A DNA stretch of 64,000 nt from Escherichia coli (GCF_001677475.2 NZ_CP015229.1); one strand, 5' to 3'. Counted from the stretch's first letter, positions 50,055 to 57,680 are shown. Made by a program: numbers and translations. The notes: generated by a model not told the origin, from the sequence alone.

Positions 50055-50234
50055 CTATTCCTGCTCTTTGGCCTTGCGTCGCTGGCGGCGTTTGATCTCG
50101 CCTTGCATTGACGCAATGATGAATTGTGATGTGCTTTCGCCTGATTCTTTCACTGATTCCATGGCGTTTACTATTTCGTGTGGTACACGAGCCTTTAGAG
50201 CTTGTGATTTTGCGTTTGTTGTACCCGTTGCCAT
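50055..50234 (-). CDS. Ribbon-helix-helix (Arc/CopG-like) DNA-binding protein; candidate island repressor
   Basis: 59 aa MATGTTNAKSQALKARVPHEIVNAMESVKESGESTSQFIIASMQGEIKRRQRRKAKEQE; GAGGA SD 6 nt upstream; terminator-like hairpin GGCCACCCGCTACGGTGGCC at 49932-49952 with T-rich tail on the minus strand. Confidence 0.6.
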   Translation of the reverse strand: MATGTTNAKSQALKARVPHEIVNAMESVKESGESTSQFIIASMQGEIKRRQRRKAKEQE

Positions 50235-50298
50235 TTCTATTCCTCTGTTGGATTGGTGGGGGACAGTATACACAGAAAAAGCACAAATAAAACTCTTA

Positions 50299-50335
50299 AT
50301 GTGGACCACACCTAGAGCATATAGTGGGCCACACC
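50299..50335. promoter_or_regulatory. Two palindromic operator-like sites (TGTGGACCACACCT and GTGGGCCACACCT) in the divergent promoter region
   Basis: GTGG-N-CCAC palindromes 24 bp apart between the RHH gene and the rightward small-gene operon. Confidence 0.45.
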
Positions 50336-50433
50336 TTGAGGTTATCAAGGTGCATAAATGCAAAGCCCCGCAAGTGTCGTTACCACTCGCAGGGCTTCTA
50401 ACCACCAACGATAGCAGAAGTATCGAGGTAGCT

Positions 50434-50640
50434 ATGTTAAATCATACCACACACCCGCAAGGGCGGGACTCGCACAACCTGAATAAATACATCTGGCGTT
50501 TTATCGCTCTGAGCACGGCACAACCGCGCGTGATTACCATTGAGGCCACCAGCGAACAGGAAGCACGTCAGCAATCTCCTGATGGCTGCGTGATGGTATT
50601 CGCCGCCCGTATTCGTCAGGAGGTGCGCCATGTGCAATAA
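50434..50640 (+). CDS. Hypothetical protein (69 aa), first gene of the rightward operon
   Basis: ATG with GAGGT SD; stop overlaps the next start (ATG at 50630). Confidence 0.4.
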   Translation: MLNHTTHPQGRDSHNLNKYIWRFIALSTAQPRVITIEATSEQEARQQSPDGCVMVFAARIRQEVRHVQ

Positions 50641-50866
50641 CACCCGTCCGGACGCAGCCGCCGAGGCTATCAGAACGCTGATGGACGCGCTGATTGATAT
50701 TTCTGTTATCGCAGACAAGGCGCATAAGCACGCCACCAGCGAAACAGAATATGCCGGGGCTTTCGTTCCTCACTCACTGGCTGTTATGCAATTTAGTGCT
50801 GATATGGCGCTGAATGAGGCCAGCAAAATTATCATGGCTGATATGGAGGTGGTGAGCCATGAATAA
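50630..50866 (+). CDS. Hypothetical protein (78 aa)
   Basis: Strong AGGAGG SD 5 nt upstream; translational coupling on both sides. Confidence 0.5.
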   Translation: MCNNTRPDAAAEAIRTLMDALIDISVIADKAHKHATSETEYAGAFVPHSLAVMQFSADMALNEASKIIMADMEVVSHE

Positions 50867-51107
50867 TCATGATTATGCGGGGGCGATTATGCGAAATAAA
50901 CGTGATATTGAAGACCTGGCATTTGAAGCCCTGCACTCTGCGAAAAAGATCAGGGAAGTCGTCAATATGTGGATGAACAGCCTTAGCACCGATAAATCCG
51001 ATAGCAGAGAGGAAATTCTTATTTCTTTGTTGTTAGACCTGGCAAATACACAGGTTTCTCTGACATCTGATATTGAACTCGCCGCTAAAAAGCTGCCTCT
51101 GGAGTAA
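50859..51107 (+). CDS. Hypothetical protein (82 aa)
   Basis: GGAGGTG SD; overlaps the previous stop. Confidence 0.5.
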   Translation: MNNHDYAGAIMRNKRDIEDLAFEALHSAKKIREVVNMWMNSLSTDKSDSREEILISLLLDLANTQVSLTSDIELAAKKLPLE

Positions 51108-51113
51108 AAAAAC

Positions 51114-51413
51114 ATGAAAAAGAAAAATTCTGGCTTTACTGCCAGTGGTCTCCCTCGGCCTGAAATCCGCCCCGGCGATATTTTCCGGGATAACTACGGC
51201 GGCACGGTAACGATTAAAAGTATTGCCGGACGGTGCGTTACTTACCGCCGTGATGGGTACAGCTACGACTGCGTGATGCCTGTTTATCAGTTCCGGCGTG
51301 ATTTTTCACTGATACAGGCCACACCACGCAAACAGCCCACCAGCAACGCAAAGGCACGGGCAAATATTCAGAAAATGAAAAACATGATTAACGCATTCAG
51401 GGGCACAAAATGA
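51114..51413 (+). CDS. Hypothetical protein (99 aa)
   Basis: GGAG SD; stop overlaps the pri start (ATGA). Confidence 0.45.
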   Translation: MKKKNSGFTASGLPRPEIRPGDIFRDNYGGTVTIKSIAGRCVTYRRDGYSYDCVMPVYQFRRDFSLIQATPRKQPTSNAKARANIQKMKNMINAFRGTK

Positions 51414-53215
51414 AACTGGCACCGAACTTAAAAAAACAGCCACACGACAAAATGACCGAAGTCATTATTTTTGCAGGTAGTGATGCCTGGGCGCACGCGA
51501 AACAGTGGCAGGAACAGGACGGGCGACTTGCTGGCGACAACGTGCCACCTGTATGGCTGGGAGACAGCCAGCTTGACGAACTGGCAGACCTGAAAATTAT
51601 CGACGATGGTCGCTATTGTGTCCGGCTGTACAAGGCAGGCCACATCAAGCCGTCAAATATTAATGCCATCGGGCAAAAGCTGGCGGCGGCAGGTGTACGG
51701 GATGCGAGATATTACCCTGAGGGAATGCACAGCCAGAAGCGGGAGGAGTGGCGCGAATATCTGGAGCGTGCGCGCCAGAATCTTTCTGATGGTCTGGTTA
51801 TTCAGCTTCCTGTTAAGAAAAAAACAGAAGACAGCGCCGCACCACTGGCGCTTAACCAGATGGGAGCAAGCCAGCGCGGCGAAGTTCTCCTGGCACGTTA
51901 TGGCGGCGAACTGGCAATTAATGCGGACTCTGACACCGTTCACCACTACAACGGCGTTGTATGGGAGCCGGTACAGGATAAAGAGTTACAGCGGGCTATG
52001 GCACAGATTTTTATTGATGCGGAGATCAGTTATTCGCAGAACGCCATCAAATCGGCGGTCGATACCATGAAGTTAAGTTTGCCCGTAATGGGGAATACCG
52101 CCCGTAACCTGATTGGATTCAGTAACGGTGTTTTTGATACCCGGACAGGCGATTTTCGGGAGCATGACAAAAACGACTGGCTGTTAATTGCCAGTGAATT
52201 ACCGTTCAGCCCGCCAGCAGAGGGGGAAACGCTGGCAACGCATGCGCCGAATTTCTGGAAATGGTTGCGCCGTTCGGTGGCAGAGAATGGCCGTAAAGCG
52301 GATCGCGTACTGGCGGCGTTATTCATGGTGCTGGCGAACCGATACGACTGGCAGTTATTTCTTGAGGTAACGGGGCCGGGTGGAAGCGGTAAAAGCGTAA
52401 TGGCGGAGATTTGCACCATGCTGGCGGGTAAGGCCAACACGGTATCGGCAAGCATGAAGGCGCTGGAAGATGCCAGGGAACGCGCGTTAGTGGTTGGCTT
52501 TTCGCTGATTATCATGCCGGATATGACCCGCTACGCTGGTGATGGTGCAGGTATTAAGGCCATTACAGGCGGTGACAAAGTGGCAATCGACCCGAAACAT
52601 AAAGCTCCCTACTCAACACGCATTCAGGCGGTCGTGCTGGCGGTGAACAATAACGCCATGTCATTCAGTGACCGCAGTGGGGGGATCTCACGTCGTCGGG
52701 TGATATTCAATTTTTCGGAGGTTGTACCGGAGAACGAACGCGACCCCATGCTGGCAGAAAAAATAGAAGGAGAGCTGGCGGTTGTGATTCGCCACCTGCT
52801 TACTCGTTTTTCTGACCAGGACAAAGCTAAACGCCTGCTGTATGAGCAGCAGAAATCAGAAGAAGCTCTGGTGATAAAACGCGAGGGCGATTCGCTGGTG
52901 GACTTCTGCGGCTATCTCATGTCGTCGGTAATGTGTGATGGTCTGTTAGTGGGTAATGCCGAAATTATTCCGTTCAGTCCGCGCAGATATCTTTATCACG
53001 CCTATCTGGCATATATGAGGGCACACGGATTCGGTAAACCTGTAACACTGACGCGCTTCGGTAAAGATATGCCGGGGGCAATGGCGGAATATGGCAGGGA
53101 GTATATGAAACGGAAAACGAAGCACGGTTTGCGTTCAAATGTGACCCTGACAGAGGATTCAGAAGACTGGATGCCATCATGTACATCGGTCACAAATGAC
53201 GATGGAAAAAATTAA
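51410..53215 (+). CDS. Replication protein: primase C-terminal-like / SF3-type helicase P-loop NTPase (satellite Pri-Rep)
   Basis: 601-aa ORF with Walker A TGPGGSGKS and a hydrophobic stretch ending in D (Walker B-like, VVGFSLIIMPD); immediately followed by an iteron-rich origin. Confidence 0.75.
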   Translation: MKLAPNLKKQPHDKMTEVIIFAGSDAWAHAKQWQEQDGRLAGDNVPPVWLGDSQLDELADLKIIDDGRYCVRLYKAGHIKPSNINAIGQKLAAAGVRDARYYPEGMHSQKREEWREYLERARQNLSDGLVIQLPVKKKTEDSAAPLALNQMGASQRGEVLLARYGGELAINADSDTVHHYNGVVWEPVQDKELQRAMAQIFIDAEISYSQNAIKSAVDTMKLSLPVMGNTARNLIGFSNGVFDTRTGDFREHDKNDWLLIASELPFSPPAEGETLATHAPNFWKWLRRSVAENGRKADRVLAALFMVLANRYDWQLFLEVTGPGGSGKSVMAEICTMLAGKANTVSASMKALEDARERALVVGFSLIIMPDMTRYAGDGAGIKAITGGDKVAIDPKHKAPYSTRIQAVVLAVNNNAMSFSDRSGGISRRRVIFNFSEVVPENERDPMLAEKIEGELAVVIRHLLTRFSDQDKAKRLLYEQQKSEEALVIKREGDSLVDFCGYLMSSVMCDGLLVGNAEIIPFSPRRYLYHAYLAYMRAHGFGKPVTLTRFGKDMPGAMAEYGREYMKRKTKHGLRSNVTLTEDSEDWMPSCTSVTNDDGKN

Positions 53216-53227
53216 ACTTATGGAATA

Positions 53228-53459
53228 ACTGTTCACCACTGTTCACCCTGTCATAAATGTCTTTTATATCAGTACATTATAGGGTGAACAGTTATTTGTG
53301 AACTGTTCACCAAACTATTCACTGTTCACCTTTTTGATTATTTATTGAGCTTTAAGGGTGAACAGTGGTGAACAGTTGGTGAATAGTTTTTGTGAAACTG
53401 TTCACCCCTTAACATCATGAATAAAAAGGGAAAATAGCAAAAGGTGAACAGGTGAAGAG
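53228..53459. repeat. Iteron-type replication origin: about 10 copies of ACTGTTCACC / GGTGAACAG in both orientations with AT-rich spacers
   Basis: CACTGTTCACCACTGTTCACC, GGGTGAACAGTT, GTGAACTGTTCACC, TTCACTGTTCACC, GGGTGAACAGTGGTGAACAGTTGGTGAATAG, GAAACTGTTCACC, AAGGTGAACAGGTGAAGAG. Confidence 0.75.
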
Positions 53460-53502
53460 TTAAAATGCAAAAATTTTATTTTATTGCTGTGAGGTAAAGC
53501 CT

Positions 53503-53748
53503 GTGACAACGAAGCACGCAAAAAAACCACAATCACACGCCCTTGATTTGACAGAACACTGGCTGAGGGTGGCGATAAAAATCATCGACCGCAACGCGGG
53601 AGAAGGATACGCGAAAGCGCATCCCGAACTGATAAGCGCATTCATGACCACGGCGGCGGCAAATTTTGCCACACTGACAGAACGGGAGATTGCCGAAGCG
53701 GAACAGGTGACAACCATCAACGTTAAAACCGGAGAGCAGACAGCATGA
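53503..53748 (+). CDS. Hypothetical protein (81 aa)
   Basis: GTG start with GAGGT SD; overlaps the start of the next ORF. Confidence 0.4.
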   Translation: MTTKHAKKPQSHALDLTEHWLRVAIKIIDRNAGEGYAKAHPELISAFMTTAAANFATLTEREIAEAEQVTTINVKTGEQTA

Positions 53749-54044
53749 CAGCACAGATAGCGGCTTGCGGGCGGCTGGTGGCTGACCCGCAGTTAAAGAC
53801 CACCAGCAAAGGGACACAAATGGCGATGGCGAGTATGGCGGTTCCCCTGCCGTGCAGCCAGGCAGATGACGGAACGGCGACGATGTGGTTATCTGTCCTG
53901 GCGTTTGGCAGACAGGCCGACGCACTGGCAAAACACCACAAAGGCGAACTCCTGAGCGTGGCGGGTAACATGCAGGTGAGCCAGTGGACAGGCCAGAACG
54001 GCGCGACCGGGCGGCAAAAAAGGTCAACAGGGCCAGGCCACTGA
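53745..54044 (+). CDS. SSB-like OB-fold single-stranded DNA-binding protein (short form)
   Basis: IAACGRLVADPQLKTT...WLSVLAFGRQADALAKHHKGELLSVAGNMQVSQWTGQNG follows the SSB OB-fold pattern (GxL..DPEL... W..V.xFG ... KG..V.V.G.L....W). Confidence 0.55.
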   Translation: MTAQIAACGRLVADPQLKTTSKGTQMAMASMAVPLPCSQADDGTATMWLSVLAFGRQADALAKHHKGELLSVAGNMQVSQWTGQNGATGRQKRSTGPGH

Positions 54045-54322
54045 CGCACTGAACAGGGCAAAACAACAGTCAGGGAATGATGAACCGTACGGCGATAATA
54101 TACCGTTTTAAATTCTGCAAACAAAAAGATGCCGGAAAAAAATAGATTTTCCGGCATGCTACATAAATCCCGACCAAAGGAAGTAAATACATTAACACGA
54201 ATTATCAGCACTGAAGTTGTCACGGCATATTTTATACAACATTGCACTTGGTTGCATGTATTCGCATAGCAGACATCGGTAATAGAATATATTCACAATT
54301 ATTTGTAATGAATGTAAAGAGG

Positions 54323-55369
54323 ATGAGTATGGTTGATTTATATTCGCCTACACAGCTTGTGCAGGTGGCTAATGCTGAAGATGTGCAAAAAAAATTAAAT
54401 GCGTTGTTTACCAGTTTGTTTTTCACTCGCTCGGTAATGTTTGAATCGAGAGACATTATTCTTGATACGATCGACGATCCAAATATCCCGATCGCGGCGT
54501 TTTGCTCTCCTATGGTGGGCAGTAAAGTTTCACGAGATGAGGGATACGAATCAAAAACAATTCGCCCTGGCTATATGAAACCGAAAAGCAGTATTGATCC
54601 AAATAAGTTAGCTGTGCGCCCTGCTGGTGTATCACCTGAGCAATACAATGCTTTTGGGGCGCGTAATATTAAAGTTAAACAGGCGATTGTAAATCAGGCT
54701 AAAGCTATTCGTGCACGTATTGAATGGCTTGCTGTTCAGGCAATCACAACGGGGAAAAATATCATTGAGGGCGATGGTATTGAACGTTATGAGCTGGACT
54801 GGAATATAAAACCACAAAATATCATCACTCAGTCTGGCGGTACTGAGTGGTCAGGTAAGGATAAAGAAACTTTTGATCCAAATGATGATATTGAGAGCTA
54901 CGCAGAATTTAGTGAGGGCGTCACTAATATCATCATTATGGGTGGTAATGTATGGAAGAAATACCGTTCATTCAGAGCGATAAAAGAGGCTTTGGATACC
55001 CGTCGTGGTTCTAATTCCGAACTGGAAACGGCCCTTAAAGACCTTGGTGATTCGGTGAGTTTTAAAGGGTATATGGGCGATGTTGCGATTGTTGTTTACA
55101 GCGGGCGTTATACCGACGAGGACGGAACAGAAAAACATTTCCTTGATCCTGATTTGATGGTGCTTGGCAATACGGCTCTTCAGGGGATTGTCGCCTATGG
55201 CGGTATTCAGGATCCGGAGCTAATCCGAATGGGGCTGACTAAAGCCGAACTTGCACCGAAAAACTATATTGTGCCTGGTGATCCGGCTATTGAATATGTG
55301 CAGACACATTCAGCACCACAGCCAATACCGGCCCGCATCAATCGTTTTGTTACCGTTCGCATTGGCTAA
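54323..55369 (+). CDS. Major capsid protein, lambda gpE family
   Basis: MSMVDLYSPTQL... with NITQSGGTEWSGKDKETFDPNDDIESYA, DTRRGSNSELETALKDLGDSVSFKG and GDVAIVVYSG, matching lambda E as recalled from memory (start may be the ATG at 54329). Confidence 0.8.
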   Translation: MSMVDLYSPTQLVQVANAEDVQKKLNALFTSLFFTRSVMFESRDIILDTIDDPNIPIAAFCSPMVGSKVSRDEGYESKTIRPGYMKPKSSIDPNKLAVRPAGVSPEQYNAFGARNIKVKQAIVNQAKAIRARIEWLAVQAITTGKNIIEGDGIERYELDWNIKPQNIITQSGGTEWSGKDKETFDPNDDIESYAEFSEGVTNIIIMGGNVWKKYRSFRAIKEALDTRRGSNSELETALKDLGDSVSFKGYMGDVAIVVYSGRYTDEDGTEKHFLDPDLMVLGNTALQGIVAYGGIQDPELIRMGLTKAELAPKNYIVPGDPAIEYVQTHSAPQPIPARINRFVTVRIG

Positions 55370-55378
55370 GGGGGAGCA

Positions 55379-55720
55379 ATGGCTACTCATTACACTGAAC
55401 TCATGTCTGGCACTGAAGCACTGGTTACTACGCTGGGGATATTTTCAGCCAATAAAGGGGTAATACCTGCGTTTACGCCACTGATGCAGGAAGATGCAAC
55501 TGGTGCGCTAGTGGTATGGGATGGAACGAGCGCAGGCAAAGCGGTTTATGTTTCCGCTGTACAAATCGACACAGCGAAAAAAACACAGGCACAGGTTTAT
55601 AAGACAGGTGTTTTAAATGTTGATGCTCTGAACTGGCCTGAGTCTGTAAAAGAACTGTCGGCAAAGGTTGCCGCGTTTGTTGGCTCAGGTATTTCTGTTC
55701 AGCCGCTGGCTCGTGTGTAA
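55379..55720 (+). CDS. Head decoration protein, lambda gpD family
   Basis: 113 aa; TPLMQEDATGALVVWDGTSAGKAV...YKTGVLNVDALNWPE...AAFVGSGISV parallels lambda D as recalled from memory. Confidence 0.75.
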   Translation: MATHYTELMSGTEALVTTLGIFSANKGVIPAFTPLMQEDATGALVVWDGTSAGKAVYVSAVQIDTAKKTQAQVYKTGVLNVDALNWPESVKELSAKVAAFVGSGISVQPLARV

Positions 55721-55731
55721 AGGGGGATACA

Positions 55732-56115
55732 ATGCAGAATCATTACAATGACCTTAAGCCAATTGCCGAAATGATGTATCCGGATCCAGCAGTAGAGGAA
55801 TTAAAGGCTATTGCTGACAAAATGCGTTTAAGTGAACGCCTTGTTGATATGAATCAGGTGATGGAACTTACTACCCTTAGCCGTCGCACATTGCTAAACC
55901 TTGAGGCTCGCGGAGAGTTCCCCGAACGCGTACAGGTTACGGAAGGGCGTAAGGCCTGGTATTTAAGTGAAGTGATCGACTGGATAAACAATATTCCTCG
56001 AGCTTCTGAATATTGCCGCGTACCTGTCCCAAAAAAGCCAGATGCGGCGCTATGCCTCAAGATTGAGCGTGTACGTCGCAATGCACGGGATGGTCGCTAT
56101 AAGTTGATTGGTTGA
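55732..56115 (+). CDS. AlpA/HTH_17-family DNA-binding protein with N-terminal extension
   Basis: LVDMNQVMELTTLSRRTLLNLEARGEFPERVQVTEGRKAWYLSEVIDWINN matches the AlpA-type HTH pattern; lies directly upstream of cos. Confidence 0.55.
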   Translation: MQNHYNDLKPIAEMMYPDPAVEELKAIADKMRLSERLVDMNQVMELTTLSRRTLLNLEARGEFPERVQVTEGRKAWYLSEVIDWINNIPRASEYCRVPVPKKPDAALCLKIERVRRNARDGRYKLIG

Positions 56116-56140
56116 TGAAATTAGGGCCCGTTCTGGCTGG

Positions 56141-56215
56141 CGGGTCCTTTCCGGCGATCCGGTAGGCTACGGGGCGGCGACCTTGCGGATTTTCGCTATT
56201 TATGAGCCTTTTCGG
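56141..56215 (+). other. Lambda-type cos site (cosQ-cosN plus conserved flank)
   Basis: CGGGTCCTTTCCGGCGATCCGGTAGGCTACG|GGGCGGCGACCT|TGCGGATTTTCGCTATTTATGA; the 12-nt GGGCGGCGACCT (56172-56183) equals the lambda cohesive end as recalled from memory. Confidence 0.75.
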
Positions 56216-56316
56216 GTTGGTGGTGGTGGTTTTGTTTTTCGCTCTATCTCTATGAATAAAAAGGGAAAGATAACACCAACACACCAACCTGAAACCTTAA
56301 CTAAGTGGGGATATTG

Positions 56317-56859
56317 ATGAAATCGCACCTGATGAACAAAAAAACTATGGCGCAAAGCTGCCGCGTAAGTGCGACAGCGTTCGACAAGTGGGGAGTAACT
56401 CCCGTTGAGCGTAAAGGCCGTGAGGCGTTTTATGATGTTGCCAGCGTGATAGACAATAGGGTTAACAATGCAATTAACCAGCTTACAAACGACAAAGGCG
56501 AGATTGATGATGATGAACTTTTACGCGTAAGAATCAGATTAATGACGGCCCAGGCGGAAGCGCAGGAACTTAAAAACGAGCGCGAACGCGGCGAGGTGAT
56601 TGATACAAAGTTTTGCATCTACGCGATTTCAAAACTGGCGAGTCAGATTTCATCAATCATGGACAGCCTCCCGCTCACAATGCAAAGGCGCTTTCCCGAT
56701 ATAAGGCCGTATATGCTGGATGAACTAAAAAGGGAAATAGCCAAAGCATGTAACGCATGTGCAAGACTTGACGAAAACCTGCCACAGATACTGGCTGATT
56801 ACCTGATGGAAACTACCGGAAGCGCGCCTGAGAAGTTGCTACAGAACAAAGGCGAGTAA
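56317..56859 (+). CDS. Terminase small subunit, lambda Nu1 family (no large subunit gene follows)
   Basis: RLMTAQAEAQELKNERERGEVIDTKFCIYAISKLASQISSIMDSLPLTMQRRFPD and C-terminal LKREIAKACNACARLDENLPQILADYL match lambda Nu1 as recalled from memory; gene sits about 135 bp downstream of cosN. Confidence 0.75.
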   Translation: MKSHLMNKKTMAQSCRVSATAFDKWGVTPVERKGREAFYDVASVIDNRVNNAINQLTNDKGEIDDDELLRVRIRLMTAQAEAQELKNERERGEVIDTKFCIYAISKLASQISSIMDSLPLTMQRRFPDIRPYMLDELKREIAKACNACARLDENLPQILADYLMETTGSAPEKLLQNKGE

Positions 56860-56932
56860 CCGCCGCCCCGTAACGGGCCATAATTCCAGGAGGGACCCGA
56901 CGACACCAGGCTATCAGAGCGATGGGGGCACA

Positions 56933-57214
56933 ATGACAGAAGCCGAAATACTGCGATTAATCCGCCGCGTTACCGGAATCAGCCAGCAGGCTGACGAACA
57001 GGCCACGCAGCCGGACAGCGTGACCGCTGAAAATTATGTGCGTGTTGTTGCTGAGGTGATGCGCCGTGATGGTATTGAGCTTAACGGCGTGGATATGCGC
57101 AACATACGAACAAGAGTCCTTGAGTTGCTGGCATACCGTCGCCGGATACAGACGTACAGGGAAAAAGCCAAAATAACGTACCAGTGGAAGAAGCCGGAGC
57201 GGTTACGGCGGTAA
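56933..57214 (+). CDS. Hypothetical protein (93 aa)
   Basis: ATG ORF downstream of terS-like gene; Arg-rich C-terminus; no recognised motif. Confidence 0.4.
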   Translation: MTEAEILRLIRRVTGISQQADEQATQPDSVTAENYVRVVAEVMRRDGIELNGVDMRNIRTRVLELLAYRRRIQTYREKAKITYQWKKPERLRR

Positions 57215-57235
57215 CTTGCTGAACTTAAAGCATAA

Positions 57236-57333
57236 TGGAAATTTGCACTCTGGCCTAACCCGTTAATATTTCAGCAAAGTGCAAATTTGCGTTCTGTAGC
57301 TGGTGGCTGGCAGAATGTAAATTTACATTCTGG
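57236..57333. repeat. Three related palindromic sites sharing an AAATTT core and ending in TTCTG or CTCTG
   Basis: GGAAATTTGCACTCTGG (57236), GTGCAAATTTGCGTTCTG (57279), CAGAATGTAAATTTACATTCTGG (57311; 20-bp perfect palindrome). Confidence 0.6.
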
Positions 57334-57337
57334 TGAT

Positions 57338-57637
57338 TTAATCATCTGATTTACCCAGCCCGTACCGGATTACCGTACAGTGAGCGCCATCGCTACCGAT
57401 ACGCACATCAAAGCGGGGTTCGCGCACTTTCACGCGGTACAGGATCCCATCATTTACCATAGCGTTTAACGTTCGTCGGGTTGCCTCTATGTGGTATCGC
57501 TGATATTCGGAACCATAGAGCAGCAATGTAACACCACGAACATCAAATGGTGGTTCTCCAGCCTCCACCCGCACCCAATCGCGATACTCAGGTTTGTAAA
57601 GTTCAAGAATCTGTTTTTTGTGCCTGGTCATTCTCAT
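57338..57637 (-). CDS. Hypothetical protein (99 aa), reverse-oriented accessory gene
   Basis: ATG preceded by AGGA SD 7 nt upstream; MRMTRHKKQILELYKPEYRDWVRVEAG...; no recognisable family. Confidence 0.5.
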   Translation of the reverse strand: MRMTRHKKQILELYKPEYRDWVRVEAGEPPFDVRGVTLLLYGSEYQRYHIEATRRTLNAMVNDGILYRVKVREPRFDVRIGSDGAHCTVIRYGLGKSDD

Positions 57638-57680
57638 GTGTGATTCCTTATTGTGGGACAGTACTGTCATACAATAAGCT

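Noticed and set aside
49777-50640. 287-aa plus-strand ORF spanning the alpA-to-operon interval
   Set aside because: Cys/Arg-rich, runs antisense across the well-supported RHH gene and through the divergent promoter; only its last 69 codons (50434-50640), which have their own SD and coupling, were kept.
53216-53460. Possible CRISPR array
   Set aside because: Repeats are only 9-10 bp, occur in both orientations with irregular spacing and no cas genes; consistent with origin iterons instead.
53533-54247. Minus-strand ORFs of 177 and 174 aa overlapping the SSB-like and 81-aa genes
   Set aside because: Antisense to ORFs with better start-site context and motif support; low-complexity Cys/Pro/Arg-rich translations typical of shadow ORFs.
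57236-57333. LexA (SOS) boxes
   Set aside because: The palindromes do not fit CTGT-N8-ACAG; they share an AAATTT core with a TTCTG or CTCTG tail instead.
57338-57637. Toxin-antitoxin pair formed by the orphan gene and a neighbour
   Set aside because: No adjacent small co-oriented partner ORF and no recognisable toxin or antitoxin motif; left as an unassigned accessory gene.
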